A stretch of DNA of 64,000 bases. Source: Acidimicrobiia bacterium. GTDB lineage: Bacteria > Actinomycetota > Acidimicrobiia > Acidimicrobiales > Bin134. Shown piece after piece: positions 55,990 through 64,000 of the stretch. The first letter of the stretch is position 1, and each line of letters opens with the position of its first letter. Location of the stretch: contig JAJEIJ010000028.1 in assembly GCA_022827725.1 (NCBI GenBank), forward strand, positions 8,795-72,794, given 5' to 3'. Both the position numbers and the translations under genes were made by a program. The notes below the pieces were generated by a model. That model worked only from the letters and a program-made list of their open reading frames with translations, was not told the DNA's origin and made no database searches.

Positions 55990-56787
55990 GTGGAGACGCT
56001 GGAAACGGGGCCGATGGTCATGGGCATCGTCAACGTGACGCCCGACTCGTTCTCCGACGGCGCCCGATTCTCCTCGCCAGAGGCAGCCGTCGCCCGAGGC
56101 CGCAAGCTGTTCGACGAGGGCGCCGCGGTGGTGGATGTGGGCGGCGAGTCCACCCGTCCAGGCGCCGAGCCAGTGCCGGTACACGAAGAGCTGGCTCGGG
56201 TGGTGGATGTGGTGGCCGGATTGGCCCCGCACGGCCGGGTCTCCATCGACACCACCAAGCCCGAGGTGGCCCGGGCCGCAGTGGCCGCAGGGGCCGAAAT
56301 CCTCAACGATGTCTCCGCCTCACTGCACGAGGTGGCCGCGGAGTTGAACGCGACCTGGATTGCGGTCCATCGCCAGGGCACCCCTGCCACCATGCAGATC
56401 GCCCCCCACTACGGCGATGTGGTGGCCGAGGTGCGCGATTTTTTGGTCGAGGCCGTTGAGCGGGGACGAGCTGTGGGAGTTCCCGACGTGTGGATCGATC
56501 CGGGAATCGGCTTTGGAAAGACCACCGGCCACAACCTGGAACTGCTGGCCAACTTGCGACAGCTCACCGCGCTGGGATCACCCGTGGTGGTGGGCGCCAG
56601 CCGCAAGCGTTTCATCGGGGAGCTGCACGCCATAAGCGATGGCGGCGACCGGGGGGAAGTGCCGACCGACGACCGGCTCGAGGGGTCGCTGGCTGCTGCG
56701 GCCTGGGCGTTTGCCCAGGGGGCTGCGGCGGTCCGGGTCCACGACGTGGCCGCCACCGTGGGGACCATGAAGGTGGTGGCGGCGTGA
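55990..56787 (+). CDS. folP: Dihydropteroate synthase
   Basis: 265-aa ORF with a GTG start. It has VMGIVNVTPDSFSDG, DVGGESTRPGA, DPGIGFGKT and VGASRKRF motifs. Confidence 0.95.
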   Translation: METLETGPMVMGIVNVTPDSFSDGARFSSPEAAVARGRKLFDEGAAVVDVGGESTRPGAEPVPVHEELARVVDVVAGLAPHGRVSIDTTKPEVARAAVAAGAEILNDVSASLHEVAAELNATWIAVHRQGTPATMQIAPHYGDVVAEVRDFLVEAVERGRAVGVPDVWIDPGIGFGKTTGHNLELLANLRQLTALGSPVVVGASRKRFIGELHAISDGGDRGEVPTDDRLEGSLAAAAWAFAQGAAAVRVHDVAATVGTMKVVAA

Positions 56788-56824
56788 GGCGTGAGGGCAG
56801 CGGCAGCGCGAGGGCGGTGGCGCA

Positions 56825-57400
56825 GTGAAGGGCAAGTGGGCCGCGGGTATCCAACCGCGCAACTTCTACTGGATCATGAAGGACCGATTGGCAATCTGCG
56901 AGCGTCCGGGAGGCAGGGGGGAAAGCCATCGGCGGGTTCGGCGCACCGAGGAGATCAATTGGATCCGCCAGCAGGGCTTTACTCGGGTGGTATCGCTGAT
57001 TCCCTCCACCCACAACCTCCACAACTACAGCGAGCAGAACATCGCCTGGAGCCACTGGCCCATCGCTGACAACGAGGATTACTCCACCCGTCTCGGCCCG
57101 CTGTTCATTGAGTTGCAGTCACTGCTAGCCAGAGGGGAGAAGTTACTGATGCACCGCCGTGGCCTGAGCGACGAGGTGTGCGGTCTCTTGGCGGGCTATC
57201 TGGTGTGGACAGGAATGGTCTCCAGCGAGTCGCAAGCGGTGGTTGCGATGGAGAAGATGACCGAGCGTCCGATCGGCTCGGTGGGCCGCCGCATTGTGAA
57301 CGCGGCCGCCGCGCTCCCCAAACCCGAAGTAGAGCTCTCCCCCGTTGAAGATCTCGAGGAGCAAGAGGGACAACGAGAAGAGATCCCCGAAGATGACTGA
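56825..57400 (+). CDS. Dual-specificity-phosphatase-fold protein with a degenerate active-site loop, embedded in the folate operon
   Basis: 191-aa ORF. The layout is DSP-like (LAICERPGG..., WPIADNE general-acid-like loop). The expected HCxxGxxR P-loop reads LLMHRRGLSDEV (57152-57175). The C-terminal tail is acidic. The stop overlaps the folB start. Confidence 0.55.
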   Translation: MKGKWAAGIQPRNFYWIMKDRLAICERPGGRGESHRRVRRTEEINWIRQQGFTRVVSLIPSTHNLHNYSEQNIAWSHWPIADNEDYSTRLGPLFIELQSLLARGEKLLMHRRGLSDEVCGLLAGYLVWTGMVSSESQAVVAMEKMTERPIGSVGRRIVNAAAALPKPEVELSPVEDLEEQEGQREEIPEDD

Positions 57401-57761
57401 AGACCGCATACTGCTTCAGGGCCTTCGGGTGATGGCTCTGTGCGGGGCACTTCCCGAGGAGAGGGACCGGGTTCAGCCGTTTGAGTTGGACATCGAGATC
57501 GGCGCCGATCTGGCGCCGTCGGGCAGTTCCGACGACTTGGGCGACACTGTGGACTACGGGGCGGTGTGCGCCGCCGCGGCCGCGGCGTCCGAGGGCGAGC
57601 AGTTCACCCTGATGGAAGCCATGGCCCAGAGGGTGGCCTCGGCGTGCCTGGGCGCAGACCGACGGGTGAAGCGGGTAACCGTGGAGGTACGCAAGCTGCG
57701 TCCTCCGGTGCCCCAGCACCTGTCGACCAGCGGTGTTCGCATTACTCGCCACCGGCAATGA
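57393..57761 (+). CDS. folB: Dihydroneopterin aldolase
   Basis: The 122-aa product from ATG 57393 reads MTEDRILLQGLRVMALCGALPEERDRVQPFELDIEI, with DTVDYG. The ORF-track start at 57345 is an upstream extension inside the previous gene. Confidence 0.9.
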   Translation: MTEDRILLQGLRVMALCGALPEERDRVQPFELDIEIGADLAPSGSSDDLGDTVDYGAVCAAAAAASEGEQFTLMEAMAQRVASACLGADRRVKRVTVEVRKLRPPVPQHLSTSGVRITRHRQ

Positions 57762-58240
57762 CCAGAGCATTTCTGGGATTGGGGTCCAACATGGGCGACC
57801 GCATGGGCTACCTCGAAGACGCGGTGGCGGCCATGGACGACTGCGTCGCGGTTTCCGGGGTGTATGAGACCGATCCGGTGGGCGGCCCTGAGCAGGGCCA
57901 ATACCTGAACGTGGTGGTCGAGCTGGACACCAGTCGGTCGGCCCGAGGCCTATTGGAGCTTTGCCAGGCGTTGGAGGCGTCGGCGGGCCGAGTGCGGGAA
58001 GTGCGCTGGGGCCCCCGTACGCTGGATGTCGATGTCTTGTGGGTGGACGGCGAGACGGTGGACAAGCCCGACCTGGTGGTACCCCATCCCCGGATGTTCG
58101 AGCGGGCATTCGTGATGGTGCCAATCGGAGAGTTGGCCCCCGATCTGTTCGAGGGGTGGAGCGATCCCGACACCGGCGGCTGCCACCGATTGGGGGATTG
58201 GGACGAGTTCGTCCCTCGAACAGGCAAGGGCATTTCGTGA
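57758..58240 (+). CDS. folK: 2-amino-4-hydroxy-6-hydroxymethyldihydropteridine diphosphokinase
   Basis: The 160-aa product from ATG 57758 (ATGA overlap with the folB stop) reads AFLGLGSNMGDR, with YETDPVG, WGPRTLDVDVL and VPHPRMFERAFV. Confidence 0.9.
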   Translation: MTRAFLGLGSNMGDRMGYLEDAVAAMDDCVAVSGVYETDPVGGPEQGQYLNVVVELDTSRSARGLLELCQALEASAGRVREVRWGPRTLDVDVLWVDGETVDKPDLVVPHPRMFERAFVMVPIGELAPDLFEGWSDPDTGGCHRLGDWDEFVPRTGKGIS

Positions 58241-59109
58241 GCGTCGGCACCGAGATTCCACTGGTTGAGCGGGTATCAGAGCTGCGACACGCAGTTGGGG
58301 CCGCTCGCGCCCAAGGCGGTTCGGTCGGCCTGGTGCCCACCATGGGGTATCTCCACGAGGGCCACCAGTCTTTGGTGACCCGCTCGGCGGCCGAGAACGA
58401 CCTGACCGTGGTGAGCATCTTCGTGAACCCGCTTCAATTCGCCGAGGGGGAGGACTACGGGACCTATCCCCGGGACCTTGAACGGGATCGGGAAATGTGT
58501 GCCGCGGCGGGAGCCGGGCTGGTGTTTGCTCCTTCTGCCGACGAGATGTATCCGCAGGCCCCGATCACCTCGGTGACGGTCAAAGGGCTCAACGCCGTGT
58601 TGGAGGGGCGGGTTCGTCCCACCCACTTCGATGGAGTGGCAACCGTGGTGGCCAAGCTGTTTGCGATGCTGGGGCCGGGTCGGGCTTATTTCGGAGAGAA
58701 GGACTACCAGCAGCTGGCCATTATCCGCCGGTTGACCACCGACTTGTCCCTGCCGGTGGAGGTAGTGGGCTGTCCCACATTCCGAGAGTCCGACGGCCTG
58801 GCCATGTCGAGCCGGAACGTGTACCTGACCGCCGAGGAGCGGCCCGCGGCCACGGTTCTGTGGCGGTCGCTGCAAGCCGGGCGGGATGCGGTGGTGCAGG
58901 GCAGCCGGAGCCCCGACGAGGTGGAGGCGGTGATGGCCGCGGTGATGGCCGCTGAGTCCAAGGCGTCTCCCGACTACGCCGCCGTGGTTGACGCCGCCAC
59001 GCTGGATCGGCCCGATGTGCTGGCTGGCGAGCTGCGCCTGCTGGTGGCGGCCCGCGTCGGCCGAGCCCGCCTCATCGACAATCTGGGTGTTGACTGTGCC
59101 CGGCTTTGA
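58237..59109 (+). CDS. panC: Pantoate--beta-alanine ligase
   Basis: GTG 58237 forms a GTGA overlap with the folK stop. Motifs are LVPTMGYLHEGHQSL, IFVNPLQF and GEKDYQQ. Confidence 0.9.
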   Translation: MSVGTEIPLVERVSELRHAVGAARAQGGSVGLVPTMGYLHEGHQSLVTRSAAENDLTVVSIFVNPLQFAEGEDYGTYPRDLERDREMCAAAGAGLVFAPSADEMYPQAPITSVTVKGLNAVLEGRVRPTHFDGVATVVAKLFAMLGPGRAYFGEKDYQQLAIIRRLTTDLSLPVEVVGCPTFRESDGLAMSSRNVYLTAEERPAATVLWRSLQAGRDAVVQGSRSPDEVEAVMAAVMAAESKASPDYAAVVDAATLDRPDVLAGELRLLVAARVGRARLIDNLGVDCARL

Positions 59110-59971
59110 TCCTCCGGTCGAATTGGTTCACGCCGCGGTGAAACTGGCCCTGGCCGAGGACGTGGGCCCAGAGGGCGATCTCACCTCATCGCTTGTCCCC
59201 CCTGGAAGTATCACCGCGGAGATCACCGCTCGAGACGCTGGTCGTTTGGCGGGGCGGGCCTGTGCCGCCGAAGTGTTCCGGCAGGTGGACCCCTCGGTGA
59301 CGGTGGAGTGGCAGGCCGCCGACGGAGACCCGGTGGTCCCTGGTCAGAGCTTGGCCGCAGTTGTCGGGCCTCGGGCCTCAGTGCTCACTGCCGAGCGCAC
59401 CGCATTGAACTTCTTGAGCCACCTGTCGGGTATCGCCACCGAGGTGTCCCGGTACGTGGCGGCCGCGGCGTCGGCCGGTGAGGGCCGAGCCCGCATCCGG
59501 GACACCCGCAAGACCACGCCCGGTCTGCGGGTGTTGGAGAAGGCCGCTGTTCGGGCTGGCGGGGGCGACAACCACCGGATGGGGCTGTCGGAATGGGTCA
59601 TGTTCAAAGACAACCACCTGGCGGGGATGTCCATTGCCGACGGGGTGGCGGCCGCCCGCAGAAATTGGCCGGATCGCATTGTCTATGTGGAGTGCGACCG
59701 CATCGAACAGGTTGAAGAGGCATTGGCGGCGGGGGCCGATGCCCTGCTGCTGGACAACATGGCTCCCGATGCGGTGCAGGCCTGCGTGGCCCAGGCCGCC
59801 GGACACAGCTGCCTCTTGGAGGTGAGCGGCGGCATCACGCTGGAGACCGTGGCCGAGTACGCAGCCACCGGCGTGGATTTCATTTCGGTGGGCCGCATCA
59901 CCAACTCGGCGCCGGTGCTTGACATCGCCCTCGATGTTGGCAATGTTCCGGTCAGCGCAGAAGAGGAGTAA
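59096..59971 (+). CDS. nadC: Nicotinate-nucleotide diphosphorylase (carboxylating) / quinolinate phosphoribosyltransferase
   Basis: Motifs are ERTALNFLSHLSGIAT, DTRKTTPGLR, KDNH, LLLDNM and VSGGIT. The start is uncertain (GTG 59087, TTG 59090 or GTG 59096) and overlaps the panC end. Confidence 0.9.
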   Translation: MPGFDPPVELVHAAVKLALAEDVGPEGDLTSSLVPPGSITAEITARDAGRLAGRACAAEVFRQVDPSVTVEWQAADGDPVVPGQSLAAVVGPRASVLTAERTALNFLSHLSGIATEVSRYVAAAASAGEGRARIRDTRKTTPGLRVLEKAAVRAGGGDNHRMGLSEWVMFKDNHLAGMSIADGVAAARRNWPDRIVYVECDRIEQVEEALAAGADALLLDNMAPDAVQACVAQAAGHSCLLEVSGGITLETVAEYAATGVDFISVGRITNSAPVLDIALDVGNVPVSAEEE

Positions 59972-59983
59972 ACAGGGGTTCCT

Positions 59984-60778
59984 ATGCTGTTGGCCCTCGA
60001 CATCGGCAACACCCAGACCGTGGTCGGCCTGTATGAGGCCGAACGGGCCGAGGACTGCCGGGCCGACGACGGCCTGATCGAGCATTGGCGCCTGTCCACG
60101 GTGCACGAGCGCACCCCCGACGAGGTGGCCGTGTTGCTGCGCAGCCTGTTGGACAGCGTCGACGTGGTGATGGAAGACGACCTCACCGGGGTGGCGGTGT
60201 GCTCCGGGGTGCCCCAAATCCGCGAGAGCGTGCGGATGATGGTGCAGCGCTACTTCGAGTTCGATCCGGTGGTGATCGAGCCCGGCACCCGCAGCGGCAT
60301 CCCCATCTTGTACGACAACCCCCGCGAGGTGGGCGCCGATCGCATCGCCAACGCGGTGGCCGCCCACCACCTCTACGGCGGTCCCGCAGTGGTGGTCGAC
60401 TTCGGAACCACCAACAACTTCGACGTGATCTCCGCGGCCGGTGAGTTCATGGGCGGGGCCATCGGGCCGGGAATCGAGGTCAGCCTGGAGGCCATGGTGG
60501 GCCGGGCCGCCGCCCTGGGGCCGGTGGCGCTCACCGAGCCCCGCAACGTGATCGGCAAGACCACCATTGAGTCGATCCAATCGGGCGTTATCTACGGGTT
60601 CGTCGCCCAGATCGACGGCATGGTGACCCGCTTCATGAAAGAGCTGGACGGCGAGGCGGTCGTGATCGCCACCGGCGGGCTGGCCCACCTAATCGCCCCC
60701 CTGTCCGACACCATCCAGTACGTCGAGCCTTACCTCACCCTCCACGGCCTGTGGCTGGTCCACGGCCGCAACCAGTAG
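59984..60778 (+). CDS. coaX: Type III pantothenate kinase
   Basis: 264-aa ORF with MLLALDIGNTQTVVGLY, VGADRIANAVAA, VVDFGTTNNFD and ATGGLA motifs. Confidence 0.9.
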   Translation: MLLALDIGNTQTVVGLYEAERAEDCRADDGLIEHWRLSTVHERTPDEVAVLLRSLLDSVDVVMEDDLTGVAVCSGVPQIRESVRMMVQRYFEFDPVVIEPGTRSGIPILYDNPREVGADRIANAVAAHHLYGGPAVVVDFGTTNNFDVISAAGEFMGGAIGPGIEVSLEAMVGRAAALGPVALTEPRNVIGKTTIESIQSGVIYGFVAQIDGMVTRFMKELDGEAVVIATGGLAHLIAPLSDTIQYVEPYLTLHGLWLVHGRNQ

Positions 60779-60786
60779 GCCGGCCG

Positions 60787-62214
60787 GTGAGCGTCCCCTA
60801 CCGGTTCGAGACCACCGCAACCGCCGCCGAGTGCCAACAGCGCCACGGCGAAATCGAGGCTGGCACCGAGACCGGCCAGACGGTGTCGGTGGCCGGGCGG
60901 ATCATGTTGCGGCGGGTTCAGGGCAAGCTGGCGTTCGCCACTCTGCAAGACGCCACCGGGCGCATCCAATTGTTCGCCCCCGCCAAGGTCACCCCCGACT
61001 ACGACGGGTTCTGCGCCCTTTCCCTGGGCGACTGGGTGGGCGTGCGCGGCGAGGTGATGAAGACCCGTAAAGGGGAGCTGTCGGTCAAGGTAGAGAACTG
61101 GGAGCTGCTGGCCGAGGCTCAGCGGAGCTTCCCCGACAAGTGGCACGGGCTATCGGATCCCGACATCCGGTTCCGCCAGCGCTATGTGGACCTGTGGGTG
61201 ACCGATGAGGCCCGTGAGGCCTTCCGGCTGCGCTCGGAGATGATGTCGCTCACCCGGCGCTGGCTGGAGGATCGGGATTTCGTGGAGGTGGAGACGCCGG
61301 TGTTCCACCCGGTGCCCGGCGGCGCGCTGGCCCGGCCGTTCAGCACCCATCACAACGCTCTGGACATGGAGCTGTTCTTGCGGATCGCCCCCGAGCTGTA
61401 CCTGAAACGGCTGGTAGTGGGCGGGTTGGAGCGGGTGTATGAGATTGCCCGGGTGTTTCGCAACGAGGGGATCTCCACCCGTCACAATCCCGAGTTCACC
61501 ATGCTGGAGCTGTACTGGGCCTACGCCGACTACGGCGACATCATGGAGTTGGTCGAGCAGCTTGTGGCGCATCTGGCCCTGGAGCTGAAGGGCACCACCG
61601 TTATCAGCTACGGCGGGCGGGAGCTGGACCTGACCCCGCCGTGGCCCAGATCCCGGTTCATCGACCTGCTGGCCACCCACAGCGGCCTGGAGGTGGACCT
61701 CGACACCCCGGTGGCCGAGCTGCGGTCGCACTGTTCTGAGCGGGAGATCCCGGTGGAAGACCGCTGGGGGCCGGGCAAACTCCTCCTGGAGCTGTACGAG
61801 AAGACCACCGAAGCCGAGCTCTGGGGTCCGGTGTTCGTGTGCGATTACCCCAAAGAGGTGTCGCCGCTGGCCCGGGAGCACCGCGACCACCCCGGCTGGG
61901 TGGAGCGATTCGAGGCCATCGTGGCCGGCCGGGAGCTGGCCAACGCCTTCAGCGAGCTCACCGACCCCGACGAGCAGCGGGCCCGCTTCGAAGACCAGGC
62001 CGCCGACCGGGACGCGGGTGATGCCGAGGCCATGGCCGTGGACTGGGACTACCTGCGGGCCCTCGAGTTCGGCCTGCCCCCCACCGGTGGTCTCGGGGTC
62101 GGCATGGACCGCTTAGCCATGCTGCTGGCCGACGTCCCCAGCATCCGCGACGTAATCCTGTTCCCCACCCTCCGCCCCGAGCCCCCGGAGCGCCCAACTC
62201 CATCGGAGAGATAG
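60787..62214 (+). CDS. lysS: Lysine--tRNA ligase (class II)
   Basis: An OB-fold anticodon-binding region (VSVAGRIMLRRVQGKLAFATLQD) and class II motifs (FRNEGISTRHNPEFTMLE, GGLGVGMDRL). I prefer GTG 60787, just after the coaX stop. ATG 60751 is the alternative. Confidence 0.9.
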   Translation: MSVPYRFETTATAAECQQRHGEIEAGTETGQTVSVAGRIMLRRVQGKLAFATLQDATGRIQLFAPAKVTPDYDGFCALSLGDWVGVRGEVMKTRKGELSVKVENWELLAEAQRSFPDKWHGLSDPDIRFRQRYVDLWVTDEAREAFRLRSEMMSLTRRWLEDRDFVEVETPVFHPVPGGALARPFSTHHNALDMELFLRIAPELYLKRLVVGGLERVYEIARVFRNEGISTRHNPEFTMLELYWAYADYGDIMELVEQLVAHLALELKGTTVISYGGRELDLTPPWPRSRFIDLLATHSGLEVDLDTPVAELRSHCSEREIPVEDRWGPGKLLLELYEKTTEAELWGPVFVCDYPKEVSPLAREHRDHPGWVERFEAIVAGRELANAFSELTDPDEQRARFEDQAADRDAGDAEAMAVDWDYLRALEFGLPPTGGLGVGMDRLAMLLADVPSIRDVILFPTLRPEPPERPTPSER

Positions 62215-62216
62215 AG

Positions 62217-63263
62217 CTAGCGGTCGCCGAGGGGGATGCGGGCTCGGTCGATTAGGTGGTCGGTGGCGACCTGGAGGGCGGCGGTGGCCGTGGTGGGGGG
62301 TAGTGAGTGCAGGCTGGTGGAGGCCTGCTGGACATATTGCCGGGCCACATCCAGGGCCTCTTCCACGCCGCCGCTGGCCCGCACGAGCTGAAGGGCAGAG
62401 CGGACGGTGGCGTCTGACAGCGTTCCGCCGAGCAGTTCCAGCAACTGGGGGCCGCAGTCGGAGTGCAGCGCCCGGATCACCGGCAGGGTGTAGATCCCCT
62501 CGTGGAGGTCGTTGCCCGAGGGCTTCCCCAAGTGCTCGTCGGTGGCCACGATGTCCAAGATGTCGTCCACCACCTGGAATGCCAACCCGTAGTGGCGGCC
62601 GAACTCGGTGAGGGTGTCCACCGTCGGCCGATCCAGTCCGGCTACCAGGCCGCCGATGCGACACGAGGTGGCCAGCAACGAGGCGGTTTTGCCCTCGATG
62701 GAGTCGGTGTAGGAACTCTCGGTGCGGTCGGGGTTGCCGGTGTCCTGCAACTCCCGCACCTGGCCTTCGCACAGCCGTCCGATGGTGGCGGCCAGCAGCC
62801 CGGCCACCTCGGTGCCGAGGGAGGCGGCCAGTTCCGATGCCCGGGCCAGCAGGAAATCGCCGGCCAGGATGGCCCGAAGGTTGCCCCACTTGGCGTTCAC
62901 GCTGGCCACGTTGCGTCGTACCTGGGCCTCGTCCATAACGTCGTCGTGGTACAGCGATCCCAGATGGACCAACTCCACCGCCACACCGCCGGTGAGCACG
63001 TCATCGGCGGCCGGCACCGGCTGATTCTGGGAGATGGCCGCCGAAGCGATCACGAACCCCGGTCGAACCCGCTTGCCCCCCGCCCGAATGAGATGGCTGG
63101 CCACTTCGGTGAGGAACGGGTCTTGGGTTTGCACCGAGCCTTCTAGGCGCAGCTCCAGCCGTTCGAGGTCGCGCGCCATGGTGGGAATCAGGTCGAGGGG
63201 GCTGCGAACCACGGAGCAAGCGTAGTGGCGCCATCGGATGTTTCCCCCATCCAGAACCGGCAT
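62217..63263 (-). CDS. Polyprenyl diphosphate synthase (trans-isoprenyl diphosphate synthase family)
   Basis: First and second Asp-rich motifs are present (LYHDDVMDE and FQVVDDILD). The start is uncertain: ATG 63263, GTG 63212 or ATG 63179. Confidence 0.85.
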   Translation of the reverse strand: MPVLDGGNIRWRHYACSVVRSPLDLIPTMARDLERLELRLEGSVQTQDPFLTEVASHLIRAGGKRVRPGFVIASAAISQNQPVPAADDVLTGGVAVELVHLGSLYHDDVMDEAQVRRNVASVNAKWGNLRAILAGDFLLARASELAASLGTEVAGLLAATIGRLCEGQVRELQDTGNPDRTESSYTDSIEGKTASLLATSCRIGGLVAGLDRPTVDTLTEFGRHYGLAFQVVDDILDIVATDEHLGKPSGNDLHEGIYTLPVIRALHSDCGPQLLELLGGTLSDATVRSALQLVRASGGVEEALDVARQYVQQASTSLHSLPPTTATAALQVATDHLIDRARIPLGDR

Positions 63264-63360
63264 CGAATTGGCCGGTCAGAGAAGCGGTTGGGGCTTCAGG
63301 AACAAAATGCGAGGGTGGGATGGTTACACTCAGAGTTGAGCCCTCTATCGGGAGTTTGCC

Positions 63361-64000
63361 GTGTTCGAGAGATTCACAGATCGTGCCCGCCGGGTTGTTG
63401 TGCTGGCCCAGGAAGAAGCGCGCCTGCTCCACCACAACTACATCGGCACCGAGCACATCCTGCTGGGCCTGATCCACGAGGGCGAGGGCGTGGCGGCTAA
63501 ATCGCTGGAGTCGCTGGGCATCTCCCTGGAGGCGGTGCGCAACCAGGTTGAGGAGATCATCGGCCAGGGCGGGTCGTCGCCGTCGGGCCACATCCCGTTC
63601 ACCCCCCGGGCCAAGAAGGTGCTGGAACTGTCGCTGCGGGAGGCATTGCAGCTCGGCCACAACTACATCGGCACCGAGCACATCCTGCTGGGCCTGATCA
63701 GAGAGGGCGAGGGGGTTGCCGCCCAGGTGCTGGTGAAGCTGGGTGCCGACCTTTCGCGCGTCCGCCAGCAGGTGATCCAGCTCCTGTCGGGCTACGGCGG
63801 CCCTCAGGGCTCGGGATCGCCGGACAAGGCCACCACCTCTCCCGGCGACCGCGGCGAGACCGGTTCAGGCTCGCTGGTGCTCGACCAGTTCGGTCGCAAC
63901 CTCACCAAGCTGGCCAAAGACAGCGGGCTCGACCCGGTGATCGGCCGGCAGCGGGAAACTGAGCGGGTGATGCAGGTGCTGTCTCGGCGCACCAAGAACA
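63361..64000 (+). CDS. clpC: ATP-dependent Clp protease ATP-binding subunit ClpC, N-terminal part; continues beyond the window
   Basis: This gene is not in the supplied ORF track because there is no stop in the window. From GTG 63361 it reads [53 protein letters not shown], followed by the second Clp_N repeat and [14 protein letters not shown]...DPVIGR. Confidence 0.9.
   Translation, partial: MFERFTDRARRVVVLAQEEARLLHHNYIGTEHILLGLIHEGEGVAAKSLESLGISLEAVRNQVEEIIGQGGSSPSGHIPFTPRAKKVLELSLREALQLGHNYIGTEHILLGLIREGEGVAAQVLVKLGADLSRVRQQVIQLLSGYGGPQGSGSPDKATTSPGDRGETGSGSLVLDQFGRNLTKLAKDSGLDPVIGRQRETERVMQVLSRRTKN

Noticed and set aside
57345-59095. Upstream-extended ORF-track starts for folB (57345), folK (57566), panC (57961), nadC (58988), and similarly the phosphatase (23592) and lysS (60751)
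   Set aside because: In each case the extension overlaps the preceding, independently supported gene. The family-typical N-terminus begins at an internal ATG or GTG that forms a 4- or 8-nt overlap or a short gap with the upstream stop.
63001-63681. 226-aa minus-strand ORF, and the 63225-63500 plus-strand ORF, across the polyprenyl-synthase/clpC intergenic region
   Set aside because: Both overlap the unmistakable clpC N-terminal coding sequence (frame starting GTG 63361) or the polyprenyl synthase 5' end, and neither has any family resemblance.
63433-63699. 42-nt perfect direct repeat (cacaactacatcggcaccgagcacatcctgctgggcctgatc) at 63433-63474 and 63658-63699
   Set aside because: It falls on the two Clp_N (Clp R) repeats of ClpC ([14 protein letters not shown] in both). 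It is explained by the known internal domain duplication, possibly homogenised by gene conversion, and is not a mobile or regulatory repeat.

Overview
High-GC, gene-dense bacterial chromosome segment. The right end has actinobacterial-type synteny: folE-folP-folB-folK-panC-nadC-coaX-lysS, a polyprenyl synthase, then clpC. I can support about 50 protein-coding genes. I recognised no rRNA, tRNA, CRISPR array, transposase or integrase. (1) 1-16.6 kb is a nitrogen-heterocycle uptake and catabolism supercluster. It holds two carbamoylases, a [2Fe-2S]-fused molybdenum hydroxylase, an SsnA-type aminohydrolase, an LLM oxidoreductase, an orphan carboxyltransferase, an 8-oxoguanine-deaminase-like enzyme, two coupled PLP enzymes and a BMP-family ABC importer, followed by an MFS gene. 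(2) 18.5-23.7 kb is a minus-strand operon: CoA-transferase, unknown protein, SDR, molybdopterin oxidoreductase. (3) 24.4-49.2 kb looks accessory and is AT-richer by eye. Two paralogous ATPase-less peptide-type ABC sets (binding protein plus two permeases), each abutted by a convergent VapBC module, bracket a compact orphan polyketide locus. That locus has two tandem NCS2-family permeases with an unusual C-terminal domain and a 3,199-aa type I PKS (KS-AT-DH-cMT-ER-KR-ACP-KS). The second KS has lost its AT core, and the KR catalytic Tyr reads His. A divergent carrier protein, an Sfp-type PPTase and an alpha/beta hydrolase follow. (4) 49.2-55.2 kb holds a fused indolepyruvate:ferredoxin oxidoreductase and a tandem-fused family III CoA-transferase. 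(5) 55.3-64 kb is housekeeping, with a degenerate phosphatase-like gene inside the folate operon. Short duplications sit at several gene boundaries: two 63-nt-period copies of gene 3' ends, and one 35-nt junction duplication that creates a relay mini-ORF. Most long opposite-strand ORFs in the track are high-GC artefacts.
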